Under the pieces are notes generated by a model. The model searched no databases. It had not been told where the DNA came from and saw only the letters and a program-made list of their open reading frames with translations. The position numbers and the translations under genes are program-made. Positions 15,001-30,000 of a stretch of 64,000 bases of DNA are shown here, one piece after another (position 1 is the stretch's first letter; every line of letters begins with the position of its first letter). The DNA is from Squalus acanthias (taxonomy: Eukaryota), in contig JASTWF010000760.1 in the NCBI GenBank assembly GCA_030390025.1, positions 1-64,000 on the forward strand, in the 5' to 3' direction.

Positions 15001-18000
15001 GAACTCTCTCCGTGCTCTGTATCACTGTGTGTCTGTAATCCCCACCATGTTCAGGTTTGTGAACTCTCTCCGTGCTCTGTATCACTGTGTGTCTGTAATC
15101 CCCACCATGTTCAGGTTTGTGAACTCTCTCCGTGCTCTGTATCACTGTGTGTCTGTAATCACCACCATGTTCAGGTTTGTGAACTCTCTCCGTGCTCTGT
15201 ATCACTGTGTGTCTGTAATCCCCACCATGTTCAGGTTTGTGAACTCTCTCCGTGCTCTCTATCACTCTGTGTCTGTACTCTCCACTATGTTCAGGTTTGT
15301 GAACTCTCTCCGTGCTCTGTATCACTGTGTGTCTGTAATCCCGCACCATGTTCAGGTTTGTGAACTCTCTCCGTGCTCTGATATCCACTGTGTGTCTGTA
15401 ATCCCCACCATGTTCAGGTTTGTGAACTCTCTCCGTGCTCTGTATCACTGTGTGTCTGTAAACCCCACCATGTTCAGTTTGTGAACTCTCTCCGTGCTCT
15501 GTATCACTGTGTGTCTGTAATCCCCACCATGTTCAGGTTTGTGAACTCTCTCCGTGCTCTGTATCACTGTGTGTCTGTAATCCCCACCATGTTCAGGTTT
15601 CGTGAACTCTCTCAGTGCTCTGTATCACTGTGTGTCTGTAATCCCCACCATGTTCAGGTTTGTGAACTCTCTCCGTGCTCTGATATCACTGTGTGTCTGT
15701 AATCCCCACCATGTCAGGTTTCGTGAACTCTCTCCGTGCTCTGTATCACTGTGTGTCTGTAATCCCCACCATGTTCAGGTTTGTGAACTCTCTCCGTGCT
15801 CTCTATCACTGGTGTGTCTGTAATCCCACCATGTTCAGGTTTGTGAACTCTCTCCGTGCTCTCTATCACTGTGTGTCTGTAATCCCACCATGTTCAGGTT
15901 TGTGAACTCTCTCCGTGCTCTGTATCACTGTGTTCTGTAATCCCCACATGTTCAGGTTTGTGAACTCTCTCCGTGCTCTGTATCACTGTGTGTCTGTAAT
16001 CCCACCATGTTCAGGTTTGTGAACTCTCTCCGTGCTCCTGTATCACTGTGTGTCTGTAATCCCCACCATGATCAGGTTGTGAACTCTCTCCGTGCTCTGT
16101 ATCACTGTGTGTCTGTAATCCTCACCATGTTCAGGTTTGTGAACTCTCTCCGCTGCTCTGTATCACTGTGTGTCTGTAATCCTCACCATGTTCAGGTTTG
16201 TGAACTCTCTCCGTGCTCTGTATCACTGTGGTCTGTAATCCCCAACATGTTCAGGTTTGTGAACTCTCTCCGTGCTCTGTATCACTGGTGTCTGTAATCC
16301 CCACCATGTTCAGGTTGTGAACTCTCTCCGTGCTCTGTATCACTGTGTGTCCTGTAATCCCCACCATGTTCAGGTTTGTGAACTCTCTCCGTGCTCTGTA
16401 TCACTGTGTGTCTGTAATCCCACCATGTCAGGTTTGTGAACTCTCTCCGTGCTCAGTATCACTGTGTGTCTGTAATCCCCACCATGTTCAGGTTTGTGAA
16501 CTCTCTCCGTCGCTCTGTATCACTGTGTGTCTGTAATCCCCACCATGTTCAGGTTTGTGAACTCTCTCCGTGCTCTGTATCACTGTGTGTCTGTAATCCC
16601 ACCATGTTCAGGTTTGTGAACTCTCTCCGTGCTCTGTATCACTGTGTGTCTGTAATCCCCACCATGTTCAGGTTTGTGAAACTCTCTCCGTGCTCTGTAT
16701 CACTGTGTTCTGTAATCCCCACCATGTTCAGGTTTGTGAACTCTCTCCGTGCTCTGTATCACTGTGTGTCTGTAATCCCCACCATGTTCAGGTTTGTGAA
16801 CTCTCTCCGTGCTCTGCTATCACTGTGTGTCTGTAATCCCCACCATGTTCAGGTTTGTGAACTCTCTCCGTGCTCTGTATCACTGTGTGTCTGTAATCCC
16901 CACCATGTTCAGGTTTGTGAACTCTCTCCGTGCTCTGTATCACTGTGTGTCTGTAATCCCCACATGTTCAGGTTTGTGAACTCTCTCCGTGCTCTGTATC
17001 ACTGTGTGTCTGTAATCCCCACCATGTTCAGGTTTGTGAACTCTCTCCGTGCTCTGTATCACTGTGTGTCTGTAATCCCCACCATGTTCAGGTTTGTGAA
17101 CTCTCTCCGTGCTCTGTATCACTGTGTCTGTAATCCCCACCATGTTCAGGTTTGTGAACTCTCTCCGTGCTCTGTATCACTGTGTGTCTGTAATCCCCAC
17201 CATGTTCAGGATTGTGAACTCTCTCCGTGCTCTGTATCACTGTGTGTCTGTAATCCCACCATGTTCAGGTTTGTGAACTCTCTCCGTGCTCTGTATCACT
17301 GTGTGTCTGTAATCCCACCATGTTCAGGTTTGTGAACTCTCTCCGTGCTCTGTATCACTGTGTGTCTGTAATCCCACCATGTTCAGGTTTGTGAACTCTC
17401 TCCGTGCTCTGTATCACTGTGTGTCTGTAATCCCACCATGTTCAGGTTTGTGAACTCTCTCCGTGCTCTGTATCACTGTGTGTCTGTAATCCCACCATGT
17501 TCAGGTTGTGAACTCTCTCCGTGCTCTGTATCACTGTGGTCTGTAATCCCACCATGTTCAGTTTTGTGAAATCTCTCCGTGCTCTGTATCACTGTGTGTC
17601 TGTAATCCCCACCATGTTCAGGTTTGTGAACTCTCTCCGTGCTCTGTATCACTGTGTGTCTGTAATCCTCACCATGTTCAGGTTTGTGAACTCTCTCCGT
17701 GCTCTGTATCACTGTGTGTCTGTAATCCCCACCATGTTCAGGTTTGTGAACTCTCTCCGTGCTCTGTATCACTGTGTGTCTGTAATCCCCACCATGTTCA
17801 GGTTTGTGAACTCTCTCCGTGCTCTGTATCACTGTGTGTCTGTAATCCCACCATGTTCAGGTTTGTGAACTCTCTCCGTGCTCTGTATCACTGTGGTCTG
17901 TAATCCCCACCATGTTCAGGTTTGTGAACTCTCTCCGTGCTCTGTATCACTGTGTGTCTGTAATCCCCACCATGTTCAGGTTTGTGAACTCTCTCCGTGC

Positions 18001-21000
18001 TCTGTATCACTGTGTGTCTGTAATCCCCACCATGTTCAGGTTTGTGAACTCTCTCCGTGCTCTGTATCACTGTGTGTCTGTAATCCCCACCATGTTCAGG
18101 TTTGTGAACTCTCTCCGTGCTCTGTATCACTGTGTGTCTGTAATCCCCACCATGTTCAGGTTTGTGAACTCTCTCCGTGCTCTGTATCACTGTGTGTCTG
18201 TAATCCCCACCATGTTCAGGTTTGTGAACTCTCTCCGTGCTCTGTATCACTGTGTGTCTGTAATCCCCACCATGTTCAGGTTTGTGAACTCTCTCCGTGC
18301 TCTGTATCACTGTGTGTCTGTAATCCCACCATGTTCAGGTTTGTGAACTCTCTCCGTGCTCTGCTATCACTGTGTGTCTGTAATCCCCACCATGTTCAGG
18401 TTTGTGAACTCTCTCCGTGCTCTGTATCACTGTGTGTCTGTAATCCCCACCATGTTCAGGTTTGTGAACTCTCTCCGTGCTCTGTATCACTGTGTGTCTG
18501 TAATCCCCACCATGTTCAGGTTTGTGAACTCTCTCCGTGCTCTGTATCACTGTGTGTCTGTAATCCCCACCATGTTCAGGTTTGTGAACTCTCTCCGTGC
18601 TCTCTATCACTGTGAGTCTGTAATCCCCACCATGTTTCAGGTTTGTGAACTATTTCCCTGCTCTGTATCACTGTGTGTCTGTAATCCCCACCATGTTCAG
18701 GTTTGTGAACTCTCTCCGTGCTCTGTATCACTGTGGTCTGTAATCCCCACCATGTTCAGGTTTGTGAACTCTCTCCGTGCTCTGTATCACTGTGTGTCTG
18801 TAATCCCCACCATGTTCAGGTTTGTGAACTCTCTCGTGCTCTGCTATCACTGTGTGTCGGTAATCCCCACCATGTTCAGGTTTGTGAACTCTCTCCGTGC
18901 TCTCTATCACTGTGTGTCTGTAATCCCCACCATGTTCAGGTTTGTGAACTCTCTCCGTGCTCTGTATCACTGTGTGTCTGTAATCCCCACCATGTTCAGG
19001 TTTGTGAACTCTCTCCGTGCTCTGTATCACTGTGTGTCTGTAATCCCCACCATGTTCAGGTTTGTGAACTCTCTCCGTGCTCTGTATCACTGTGTGTCTG
19101 TAATCCCCACCATGTTCAGGTTTGTGAACTCTCTCCGTGCTCTGTATCACTGTGTGTCTGTAATCCCCACCATGTTCAGGTTTGTGTATCTCTCTCCGTG
19201 CTCTGTATCACTGTGTGTCTGTAATCCCTCACCATGCTTCAGGTTTGTGAACTCTCTCCGTGCTCTGTATCACTGTGTGTCTGTAATCCCCACCATGTTC
19301 AGGTTTGTGAACTCTCTCCGTGCTCTCTATCACTGTGTGTCTGTAATCCCCACCATGTTCAGGTTTGTGAACTCTCTTCGTGCTCTGCTATCACTGTGTG
19401 TCTGTAATCCCACCATGTTCAGTTTGGAACTCTCTCCGTGCTCTGTATCACTGTGTGTCTGTAATCCTCACCATGTTCAGGTTTGTGAACTCTCTCCGTG
19501 CTCTGTATCACTGTGGGTCTGTAATCCCCACCATGTTCAGGTTTGTGAACTCTCTCCGTGCTCTGTATCACTGTGTGTCTGTAATCCCCACCATGTTCAG
19601 GTTTGTGAACTCTCTCCGTGCTCTGTATCACTGTGTGTCTGTAATCCCCACCATGTCAGGTTTGTGAACTCTCTCCGTGCTCTGTATCACTGTGTGTCTG
19701 TAATCCCCACCATGTTCAGGTTTGTGAACTCTCTCCGTGCTCTGTATCACTGTGTGTCTGTAATCCCACCATGTTCAGGTTTGTGAACTCTCTCCGTGCT
19801 CTGTATCACTGTGTGTCTGTAATCCCCACCATGTTCAGGTTTGTGAACTCTCTCCGTGCTCTCTATCACTGTGTGTCTGTAATCCTCACCATGTTCAGGT
19901 TTGTGAACTCTCTCCGTGCTCTGTATCACTGTGTGTCTGTAATCCCCACCATGTTCAGGTTTGTGAACTCTCTCCGTGCTCTGTATCACTGTGTGTCTGT
20001 AATCCCACCATGTTCAGGTTTGTGAACTCTCTCCGTGCTCTGTATCACTGTGTGTCTGTAATCCCCACCATGTTCAGGTTTGTGAACTCTCTCCGTGCTC
20101 TGTATCACTGTGTGTCTGTAATCCCCACCATGTTCAGGTTTGTGAACTCTCTCCGTGCTCTTATCACTGTGTGTCTGTAATCCCACCATGTTCAGGTTTG
20201 TGAACTCTCTCCGTGCTCTGTATCACTGTGTGTCTGTAATCCCACCATGTTCAGGTTTGTGAACTCTCTCCGTGCTCTGTATCACTGTGTGTCTGTAATC
20301 CCCACCATGTTCAGGTTTGTGAACTCTCTCCGTGCTCTGTATCACTGTGTGTCTGTAATCCCCACCATGTTCAGGTTTGTGAACTCTCTCCGTGCTCTGT
20401 ATCACTGTGTGTCTGTAATCCCCACCATGTTCAGGTTTGTGAACTCTCTCCGTGCTCTGTATCACTGTGTGTCTGTAATCCCCACCATGTTCAGGTTTGT
20501 GAACTCTCTCCGTGCTCTGTATCACTGTGTGTCTGTAATCCCCACCATGTTCAGGTTTGTGAACTCTCTCCGTGCTCTGTATCACTGTGTGTCTGTAATC
20601 CTCACCATGTTCAGGTTTGTGAACTCTCTCCGTGCTCTGTATCACTGTGTGTCTGTAATCCCCACCATGTTCAGGTTTGTGAACTCTCTCCGTGCTCTGT
20701 ATCACTGTGTGTCTGTAATCCCCACCATGTTCAGGTTTGTGAACTCTCTCCGTGCTCTGTATCACTGTGTGTCTGTAATCCCCACCATGTTCAGGTTTGT
20801 GAACTCTCTCCGTGCTCTCTATCACTGTGTGTCTGTAATCCCCACCATGTTCAGGTTTGTGAACTCTCTCCGTGCTCTGTATCACTGTGTGTCTGTAATC
20901 CCCACCATGTTCAGGTTTGTGAACTCTCTCCGTGCTCTGTATCACTGTGTGTCTGTAATCCCCACCATGTTCAGGTTTGTGAACTCTCTCCGTGCTCTGT

Positions 21001-24000
21001 ATCACTGTGTGTCTGTAATCCCCACCATGTTCAGGTTTGTGAACTCTCTCCGTGCTCTGTATCACTGTGTGTCTGTAATCCCCACCATGTTCAGGTTTGT
21101 GAACTCTCTCCGTGCTCTGTATCACTGTGTGTCTGTAATCCCCACCATGTTCAGGTTTGTGAACTCTCTCCGTGCTCTGTATCACTGTGTGTCTGTAATC
21201 CCCACCATGTTCAGGTTTGTGAACTCTCTCCGTGCTCTGTATCACTGTGTGTCTGTAATCCCCACCATGTTCAGGTTTGTGAACTCTCTCCGTGCTCTGT
21301 ATCACTGTGTGTCTGTAATCCCCACCATGTTCAGGTTTGTGAACTCTCTCCGTGCTCTGTATCACTGTGTGTCTGTAATCCCACCATGTTCAGGTTTGTG
21401 AACTCTCTCCGTGCTCTGTATCACTGTGTGTCTGTAATCCTCACCATGTTCAGGTTTGTGAACTCTCTCCGTGCTCTGTATCACTGTGTGTCTGTAATCC
21501 CCACCATGTTCAGGTTTGTGAACTCTCTCCGTGCTCTGTATCACTGTGTGTCTGTAATCCTCACCATGTTCAGGTTTGTGAACTCTCTCCGTGCTCTGTA
21601 TCACTGTGTGTCTGTAATCCCCACCATGTTCAGGTTTGTGAACTCTCTCCGTGCTCTGTATCACTGTGTGTCTGTAATCCCCACCATGTTCAGGTTTGTG
21701 AACTCTCTCCGTGCTCTGTATCACTGTGTGTCTGTAATCCCCACCATGTTCAGGTTTGTGAACTCTCTCCGTGCTCTGTATCACTGTGTGTCTGTAATCC
21801 CACCATGTTCAGGTTTGTGAACTCTCTCCGTGCTCTGTATCACTGTGTGTCTGTAATCCCCACCATGTTCAGGTTTGTGAACTCTCTCCGTGCTCTGTAT
21901 CACTGTGTGTCTGTAATCCCCACCATGTTCAGGTTTGTGAACTCTCTCCGTGCTCTGTATCACTGTGTGTCTGTAATCCCCACCATGTTCAGGTTTGTGA
22001 ACTCTCTCCGTGCTCTGTATCACTGTGTCTGTAATCCCCACCATGTTCAGGTTTGTGAACTCTCTCCGTGCTCTGTATCACTGTGTGTCTGTAATCCCCA
22101 CCATGTTCAGGTTTGTGAACTCTCTCCGTGCTCTGTATCACTGTGTGTCTGTAATCCCACCATGTTCAGGTTTGTGAACTCTCTCCGTGCTCTGTATCAC
22201 TGTGTGTCTGTAATCCCCACCATGTTCAGGTTTGTGAACTCTCTCCGTGCTCTGTATCACTGTGTGTCTGTAATCCCCACCATGTTCAGGTTTGTGAACT
22301 CTCTCCGTGCTCTGTATCACTGTGTGTCTGTAATCCCCACCATGTTCAGGTTTGTGAACTCTCTCCGTGCTCTGTATCACTGTGTGTCTGTAATCCCCAC
22401 CATGTTCAGGTTTGTGAACTCTCTCCGTGCTCTGTATCACTGTGTGTCTGTAATCCCCACCATGTTCAGGTTTGTGAACTCTCTCCGTGCTCTGTATCAC
22501 TGTGTGTCTGTAATCCCCACCATGTTCAGGTTTGTGAACTCTCTCCGTGCTCTGTATCACTGTGTCTGTAATCCCCACCATGTTCAGGTTTGTGAACTCT
22601 CTCCGTGCTCTGTATCACTGTGTGTCTGTAATCCCCACCATGTTCAGGTTTGTGAACTCTCTCCGTGCTCTGTATCACTGTGTGTCTGTAATCCCCACCA
22701 TGTTCAGGTTTGTGAACTCTCTCCGTGCTCTGTATCACTGTGTGTCTGTAATCCCCACCATGTTCAGGTTTGTGAACTCTCTCCGTGCTCTGTATCACTG
22801 TGTGTCTGTAATCCTCACCATGTTCAGGTTTGTGAACTCTCTCCGTGCTCTGTATCACTGTGTGTCTGTAATCCCCACCATGTTCAGGTTTGTGAACTCT
22901 CTCCGTGCTCTGTATCACTGTGTGTCTGTAATCCCCACCATGTTCAGGTTTGTGAACTCTCTCCGTGCTCTGTATCACTGTGTGTCTGTAATCCCCACCA
23001 TGTTCAGGTTTGTGAACTCTCTCCGTGCTCTGTATCACTGTGTGTCTGTAATCCCCACCATGTTCAGGTTTGTGAACTCTCTCCGTGCTCTGTATCACTG
23101 TGTGTCTGTAATCCCCACCATGTTCAGGTTTGTGAACTCTCTCCGTGCTCTGTATCACTGTGTGTCTGTAATCCCCACCATGTTCAGGTTTGTGAACTCT
23201 CTCCGTGCTCTGTATCACTGTGTGTCTGTAATCCCCACCATGTTCAGGTTTGTGAACTCTCTCCGTGCTCTGTATCACTGTGTGTCTGTAATCCCCACCA
23301 TGTTCAGGTTTGTGAACTCTCTCCGTGCTCTGTATCACTGTGTGTCTGTAATCCCCACCATGTTCAGGTTTGTGAACTCTCTCCGTGCTCTGTATCACTG
23401 TGTGTCTGTAATCCCCACCATGTTCAGGTTTGTGAACTCTCTCCGTGCTCTGTATCACTGTGTGTCTGTAATCCTCCACCATGTTCAGGTTTGTGAACTC
23501 TCTCCGTGCTCTGTATCACTGTGTGTCTGTAATCCCCACCATGTTCAGGTTTGTGAACTCTCTCCGTGCTCTGTATCACTGTGTGTCTGTAATCCCCACC
23601 ATGTTCAGGTTTGTGAACTCTCTCCGTGCTCTGTATCACTGTGTGTCTGTAATCCCCACCATGTTCAGGTTTGTGAACTCTCTCCGTGCTCTGTATCACT
23701 GTGTCGTCTGTAATCTCCACCATGTTCAGGTTTGTGAACTCTCTCCGTGCTCTGTATCACTGTGTTCTGTAATCCCCACCATGTTCAGGTTTGTGAACTC
23801 TCTCCGTGCTCTGTATCACTGTGTGTCTGTATCCTCACCATGTTCAGTTTGTGAAACTCTCTCCGTGCTCTGTATCACTGTGTGTCTGTAATCCCCACCA
23901 TGTTCAGGTTTGTGAACTCTCTCCGTGCTCTCTATCACTGTGTGTCTGTAATCCCACCATGTTCAGGTTTGTGAACTCTCTCTCCGTGCTCTGTATCACT

Positions 24001-27000
24001 GTGTGTCTGTAATCCCCACCCATGTTCAGGTTTGTGAACTCTCTCCGTGCTCTGTATCACTGTGTGTCTGTAATCCCCACCATGTTCAGGTTTGGTGAAC
24101 TCTCTCCGTGCTCTGTATCACTGTGTGTCTGTAATCCCCACCATGTTCAGGTTTGTGAACTCTCTCCGTGCTCTGCTATCACTGTGTGTCTGTAATCCCC
24201 ACCATGTTCAGGTTTGTGAACTCTCTCCGTGCTCTGTATCACTGTGTGTCTGTAATCCCCACCATGTTCAGGTTTGTGAACTCTCTCCGTGCTCTGTATC
24301 ACTGTGTGTCTGTAATCCCCACCATGTTCAGGTTTGTGAACTCTCTCCGTGCTCTGTATCACTGTGTGTCTGTAATCCCCACCATGTTCAGGTTTGTGAA
24401 CTCTCTCCGTGCTCTGTATCACTGTGTGTCTGTAATCCCACCATGTTCAGGTTTGTGAACTCTCTCCGTGCTCTGTATCACTGTGTGTCTGTAATCCCAC
24501 CATGTTCAGGTTTGTGAACTCTCTCCGTGCTCTGTATCACTGTGTGTCTGTAATCCCCACCATGTTCAGGTTTGTGAACTCTCTCCGTGCTCTGTATCAC
24601 TGTGTGTCTGTAATCCCCACCATGTTCAGGTTTGTGAACTCTCTCCGTGCTCTGTATCACTGTGTGTCTGTAATCCCCACCATGTTCAGGTTTGTGAACT
24701 CTCTCCGTGCTCTGTATCACTGTGTGTCTGTAATCCCCACCATGTTCAGGTTTGTGAACTCTCTCCGTGCTCTGTATCACTGTGTGTCTGTAATCCTCAC
24801 CATGTTCAGGTTTGTGAACTCTCTCCGTGCTCTGTATCACTGTGTGTCTGTAATCCCCACCATGTTCAGGTTTGTGAACTCTCTCCGTGCTCTGTATCAC
24901 TGTGTGTCTGTAATCCCCACCATGTTCAGGTTTGTGAACTCTCTCCGTGCTCTGTATCACTGTGTGTCTGTAATCCCCACCATGTTCAGGTTTGTGAACT
25001 CTCTCCGTGCTCTGTATCACTGTGTGTCTGTAATCCCCACCATGTTCAGGTTTGTGAACTCTCTCCGTGCTCTGTATCACTGTGTGTCTGTAATCCCCAC
25101 CATGTTCAGGTTTGTGAACTCTCTCCGTGCTCTGTATCACTGTGTGTCTGTAATCCTCACCATGTTCAGGTTTGTGAACTCTCTCCGTGCTCTGTATCAC
25201 TGTGTGTCTGTAATCCTCACCATGTTCAGGTTTGTGAACTCTCTCCGTGCTCTGTATCACTGTGTGTCTGTAATCCCCACCATGTTCAGGTTTGTGAACT
25301 CTCTCCGTGCTCTGTATCACTGTGTGTCTGTAATCCCCACCATGTTCAGGTTTGTGAACTCTCTCCGTGCTCTGTATCACTGTGTGTCTGTAATCCTCAC
25401 CATGTTCAGGTTTGTGAACTCTCTCCGTGCTCTGTATCACTGTGTGTCTGTAATCCCCACCATGTTCAGGTTTGTGAACTCTCTCCGTGCTCTGTATCAC
25501 TGTGTGTCTGTAATCCTCACCATGTTCAGGTTTGTGAACTCTCTCCGTGCTCTGTATCACTGTGTGTCTGTAATCCCCACCATGTTCAGGTTTGTGAACT
25601 CTCTCCGTGCTCTGTATCACTGTGTGTCTGTAATCCCCACCATGTTCAGGTTTGTGAACTCTCTCCGTGCTCTGTATCACTGTGTGTCTGTAATCCCCAC
25701 CATGTTCAGGTTTGTGAACTCTCTCCGTGCTCTGTATCACTGTGTGTCTGTAATCCCCACCATGTTCAGGTTTGTGAACTCTCTCCGTGCTCTGTATCAC
25801 TGTGTGTCTGTAATCCTCACCATGTTCAGGTTTGTGAACTCTCTCCGTGCTCTGTATCACTGTGTGTCTGTAATCCCCACCATGTTCAGGTTTGTGAACT
25901 CTCTCCGTGCTCTGTATCACTGTGTGTCTGTAATCCTCACCATGTTCAGGTTTGTGAACTCTCTCCGTGCTCTGTATCACTGTGTGTCTGTAATCCCCAC
26001 CATGTTCAGGTTTGTGAACTCTCTCCGTGCTCTGTATCACTGTGTGTCTGTAATCCCCACCATGTTCAGGTTTGTGAACTCTCTCCGTGCTCTGTATCAC
26101 TGTGTGTCTGTAATCCCCACCATGTTCAGGTTTGTGAACTCTCTCCGTGCTCTGTATCACTGTGTGTCTGTAATCCCACCATGTTCAGGTTTGTGAACTC
26201 TCTCCGTGCTCTGTATCACTGTGTGTCTGTAATCCCCACCATGTTCAGGTTTGTGAACTCTCTCCGTGCTCTGTATCACTGTGTGTCTGTAATCCCCACC
26301 ATGTTCAGGTTTGTGAACTCTCTCCGTGCTCTGTATCACTGTGTGTCTGTAATCCCCACCATGTTCAGGTTTGTGAACTCTCTCCGTGCTCTGTATCACT
26401 GTGTGTCTGTAATCCCCACCATGTTCAGGTTTGTGAACTCTCTCCGTGCTCTGTATCACTGTGTGTCTGTAATCCCCACCATGTTCAGGTTTGTGAACTC
26501 TCTCCGTGCTCTGTATCACTGTGTGTCTGTAATCCCCACCATGTTCAGGTTTGTGAACTCTCTCCGTGCTCTGTATCACTGTGTGTCTGTAATCCCCACC
26601 ATGTTCAGGTTTGTGAACTCTCTCCGTGCTCTGTATCACTGTGTGTCTGTAATCCCCACCATGTTCAGGTTTGTGAACTCTCTCCGTGCTCTGTATCACT
26701 GTGTCTGTAATCCCCACCATGTTCAGGTTTGTGAACTCTCTCCGTGCTCTGTATCACTGTGTGTCTGTAATCCCCACCATGTTCAGGTTTGTGAACTCTC
26801 TCCGTGCTCTCTATCACTGTGTGTCTGTAATCCCCACCATGTTCAGGTTTGTGAACTCTCTCCGTGCTCTGTATCACTGTGTGTCTGTAATCCCCACCAT
26901 GTTCAGGTTTGTGAACTCTCTCCGTGCTCTGTATCACTGTGTGTCTGTAATCCTCACCATGTTCAGGTTTGTGAACTCTCTCCGTGCTCTGTATCACTGT

Positions 27001-30000
27001 GTGTCTGTAATCCCCACCATGTTCAGGTTTGTGAACTCTCTCCGTGCTCTGTATCACTGTGTGTCTGTAATCCCCACCATGTTCAGGTTTGTGAACTCTC
27101 TCCGTGCTCTGTATCACTGTGTGTCTGTAATCCCCACCATGTTCAGGTTTGTGAACTCTCTCCGTGCTCTGTATCACTGTGTGTCTGTAATCCCACCATG
27201 TTCAGGTTTGTGAACTCTCTCCGTGCTCTGTATCACTGTGTGTCTGTAATCCCCACCATGTTCAGGTTTGTGAACTCTCTCCGTGCTCTGTATCACTGTG
27301 TGTCTGTAATCCCCACCATGTTCAGGTTTGTGAACTCTCTCCGTGCTCTGTATCACTGTGTGTCTGTAATCCTCACCATGTTCAGGTTTGTGAACTCTCT
27401 CCGTGCTCTGTATCACTGTGTGTCTGTAATCCCCACCATGTTCAGGTTTGTGAACTCTCTCCGTGCTCTGTATCACTGTGTGTCTGTAATCCCCACCATG
27501 TTCAGGTTTGTGAACTCTCTCCGTGCTCTGTATCACTGTGTGTCTGTAATCCCCACCATGTTCAGGTTTGTGAACTCTCTCCGTGCTCTGTATCACTGTG
27601 TGTCTGTAATCCTCACCATGTTCAGGTTTGTGAACTCTCTCCGTGCTCTGTATCACTGTGTGTCTGTAATCCCCACCATGTTCAGGTTTGTGAACTCTCT
27701 CCGTGCTCTGTATCACTGTGTGTCTGTAATCCCCACCATGTTCAGGTTTGTGAACTCTCTCCGTGCTCTGTATCACTGTGTGTCTGTAATCCTCACCATG
27801 TTCAGGTTTGTGAACTCTCTCCGTGCTCTGTATCACTGTGTGTCTGTAATCCCCACCATGTTCAGGTTTGTGAACTCTCTCCGTGCTCTGTATCACTGTG
27901 TGTCTGTAATCCCCACCATGTTCAGGTTTGTGAACTCTCTCCGTGCTCTGTATCACTGTGTGTCTGTAATCCCCACCATGTTCAGGTTTGTGAACTCTCT
28001 CCGTGCTCTGTATCACTGTGTGTCTGTAATCCCCACCATGTTCAGGTTTGTGAACTCTCTCCGTGCTCTGTATCACTGTGTGTCTGTAATCCCCACCATG
28101 TTCAGGTTTGTGAACTCTCTCCGTGCTCTGTATCACTGTGTGTCTGTAATCCCCACCATGTTCAGGTTTGTGAACTCTCTCCGTGCTCTCTATCACTGTG
28201 TGTCTGTAATCCTCACCATGTTCAGGTTTGTGAACTCTCTCCGTGCTCTGTATCACTGTGTGTCTGTAATCCTCACCATGTTCAGGTTTGTGAACTCTCT
28301 CCGTGCTCTGTATCACTGTGTGTCTGTAATCCCCACCATGTTCAGGTTTGTGAACTCTCTCCGTGCTCTGTATCACTGTGTGTCTGTAATCCCACCATGT
28401 TCAGGTTTGTGAACTCTCTCCGTGCTCTGTATCACTGTGTGTCTGTAATCCCCACCATGTTCAGGTTTGTGAACTCTCTCCGTGCTCTGTATCACTGTGT
28501 GTCTGTAATCCTCACCATGTTCAGGTTTGTGAACTCTCTCCGTGCTCTGTATCACTGTGTGTCTGTAATCCCCACCATGTTCAGGTTTGTGAACTCTCTC
28601 CGTGCTCTGTATCACTGTGTGTCTGTAATCCCACCATGTTCAGGTTTGTGAACTCTCTCCGTGCTCTGTATCACTGTGTGTCTGTAATCCCCACCATGTT
28701 CAGGTTTGTGAACTCTCTCCGTGCTCTGTATCACTGTGTGTCTGTAATCCCCACCATGTTCAGGTTTGTGAACTCTCTCCGTGCTCTGTATCACTGTGTG
28801 TCTGTAATCCCACCATGTTCAGGTTTGTGAACTCTCTCCGTGCTCTGTATCACTGTGTGTCTGTAATCCTCACCATGTTCAGGTTTGTGAACTCTCTCCG
28901 TGCTCTGTATCACTGTGTGTCTGTAATCCCCACCATGTTCAGGTTTGTGAACTCTCTCCGTGCTCTGTATCACTGTGTGTCTGTAATCCTCACCATGTTC
29001 AGGTTTGTGAACTCTCTCCGTGCTCTGTATCACTGTGTGTCTGTAATCCTCACCATGTTCAGGTTTGTGAACTCTCTCCGTGCTCTGTATCACTGTGTGT
29101 CTGTAATCCCCACCATGTTCAGGTTTGTGAACTCTCTCCGTGCTCTGTATCACTGTGTGTCTGTAATCCCCACCATGTTCAGGTTTGTGAACTCTCTCCG
29201 TGCTCTGTATCACTGTGTGTCTGTAATCCCCACCATGTTCAGGTTTGTGAACTCTCTCCGTGCTCTGTATCACTGTGTGTCTGTAATCCACACCATGTTC
29301 AGGTTTGTGAACTCTCTCCGTGCTCTCTATCACTGTGTGTCTGTAATCCTCACCATGTTCAGGTTTGTGAACTCTCTCCGTGCTCTGTATCACTGTGTGT
29401 CTGTAATCCCCACCATGTTCAGGTTTGTGAACTCTCTCCGTGCTCTGTATCACTGTGTGTCTGTAATCCCCACCATGTTCAGGTTTGTGAACTCTCTCCG
29501 TGCTCTGTATCACTGTGTGTCTGTAATCCTCACCATGTTCAGGTTTGTGAACTCTCTCCGTGCTCTGTATCACTGTGTGTCTGTAATCCCCACCATGTTC
29601 AGGTTTGTGAACTCTCTCCGTGCTCTGTATCACTGTGTGTCTGTAATCCTCACCATGTTCAGGTTTGTGAACTCTCTCCGTGCTCTGTATCACTGTGTGT
29701 CTGTAATCCCACCATGTTCAGGTTTGTGAACTCTCTCCGTGCTCTGTATCACTGTGTGTCTGTAATCCCCACCATGTTCAGGTTTGTGAACTCTCTCCGT
29801 GCTCTGTATCACTGTGTGTCTGTAATCCCCACCATGTTCAGGTTTGTGAACTCTCTCCGTGCTCTCTATCACTGTGTGTCTGTAATCCCCACCATGTTCA
29901 GGTTTGTGAACTCTCTCCGTGCTCTGTATCACTGTGTGTCTGTAATCCCCACCATGTTCAGGTTTGTGAACTCTCTCCGTGCTCTGTATCACTGTGTGTC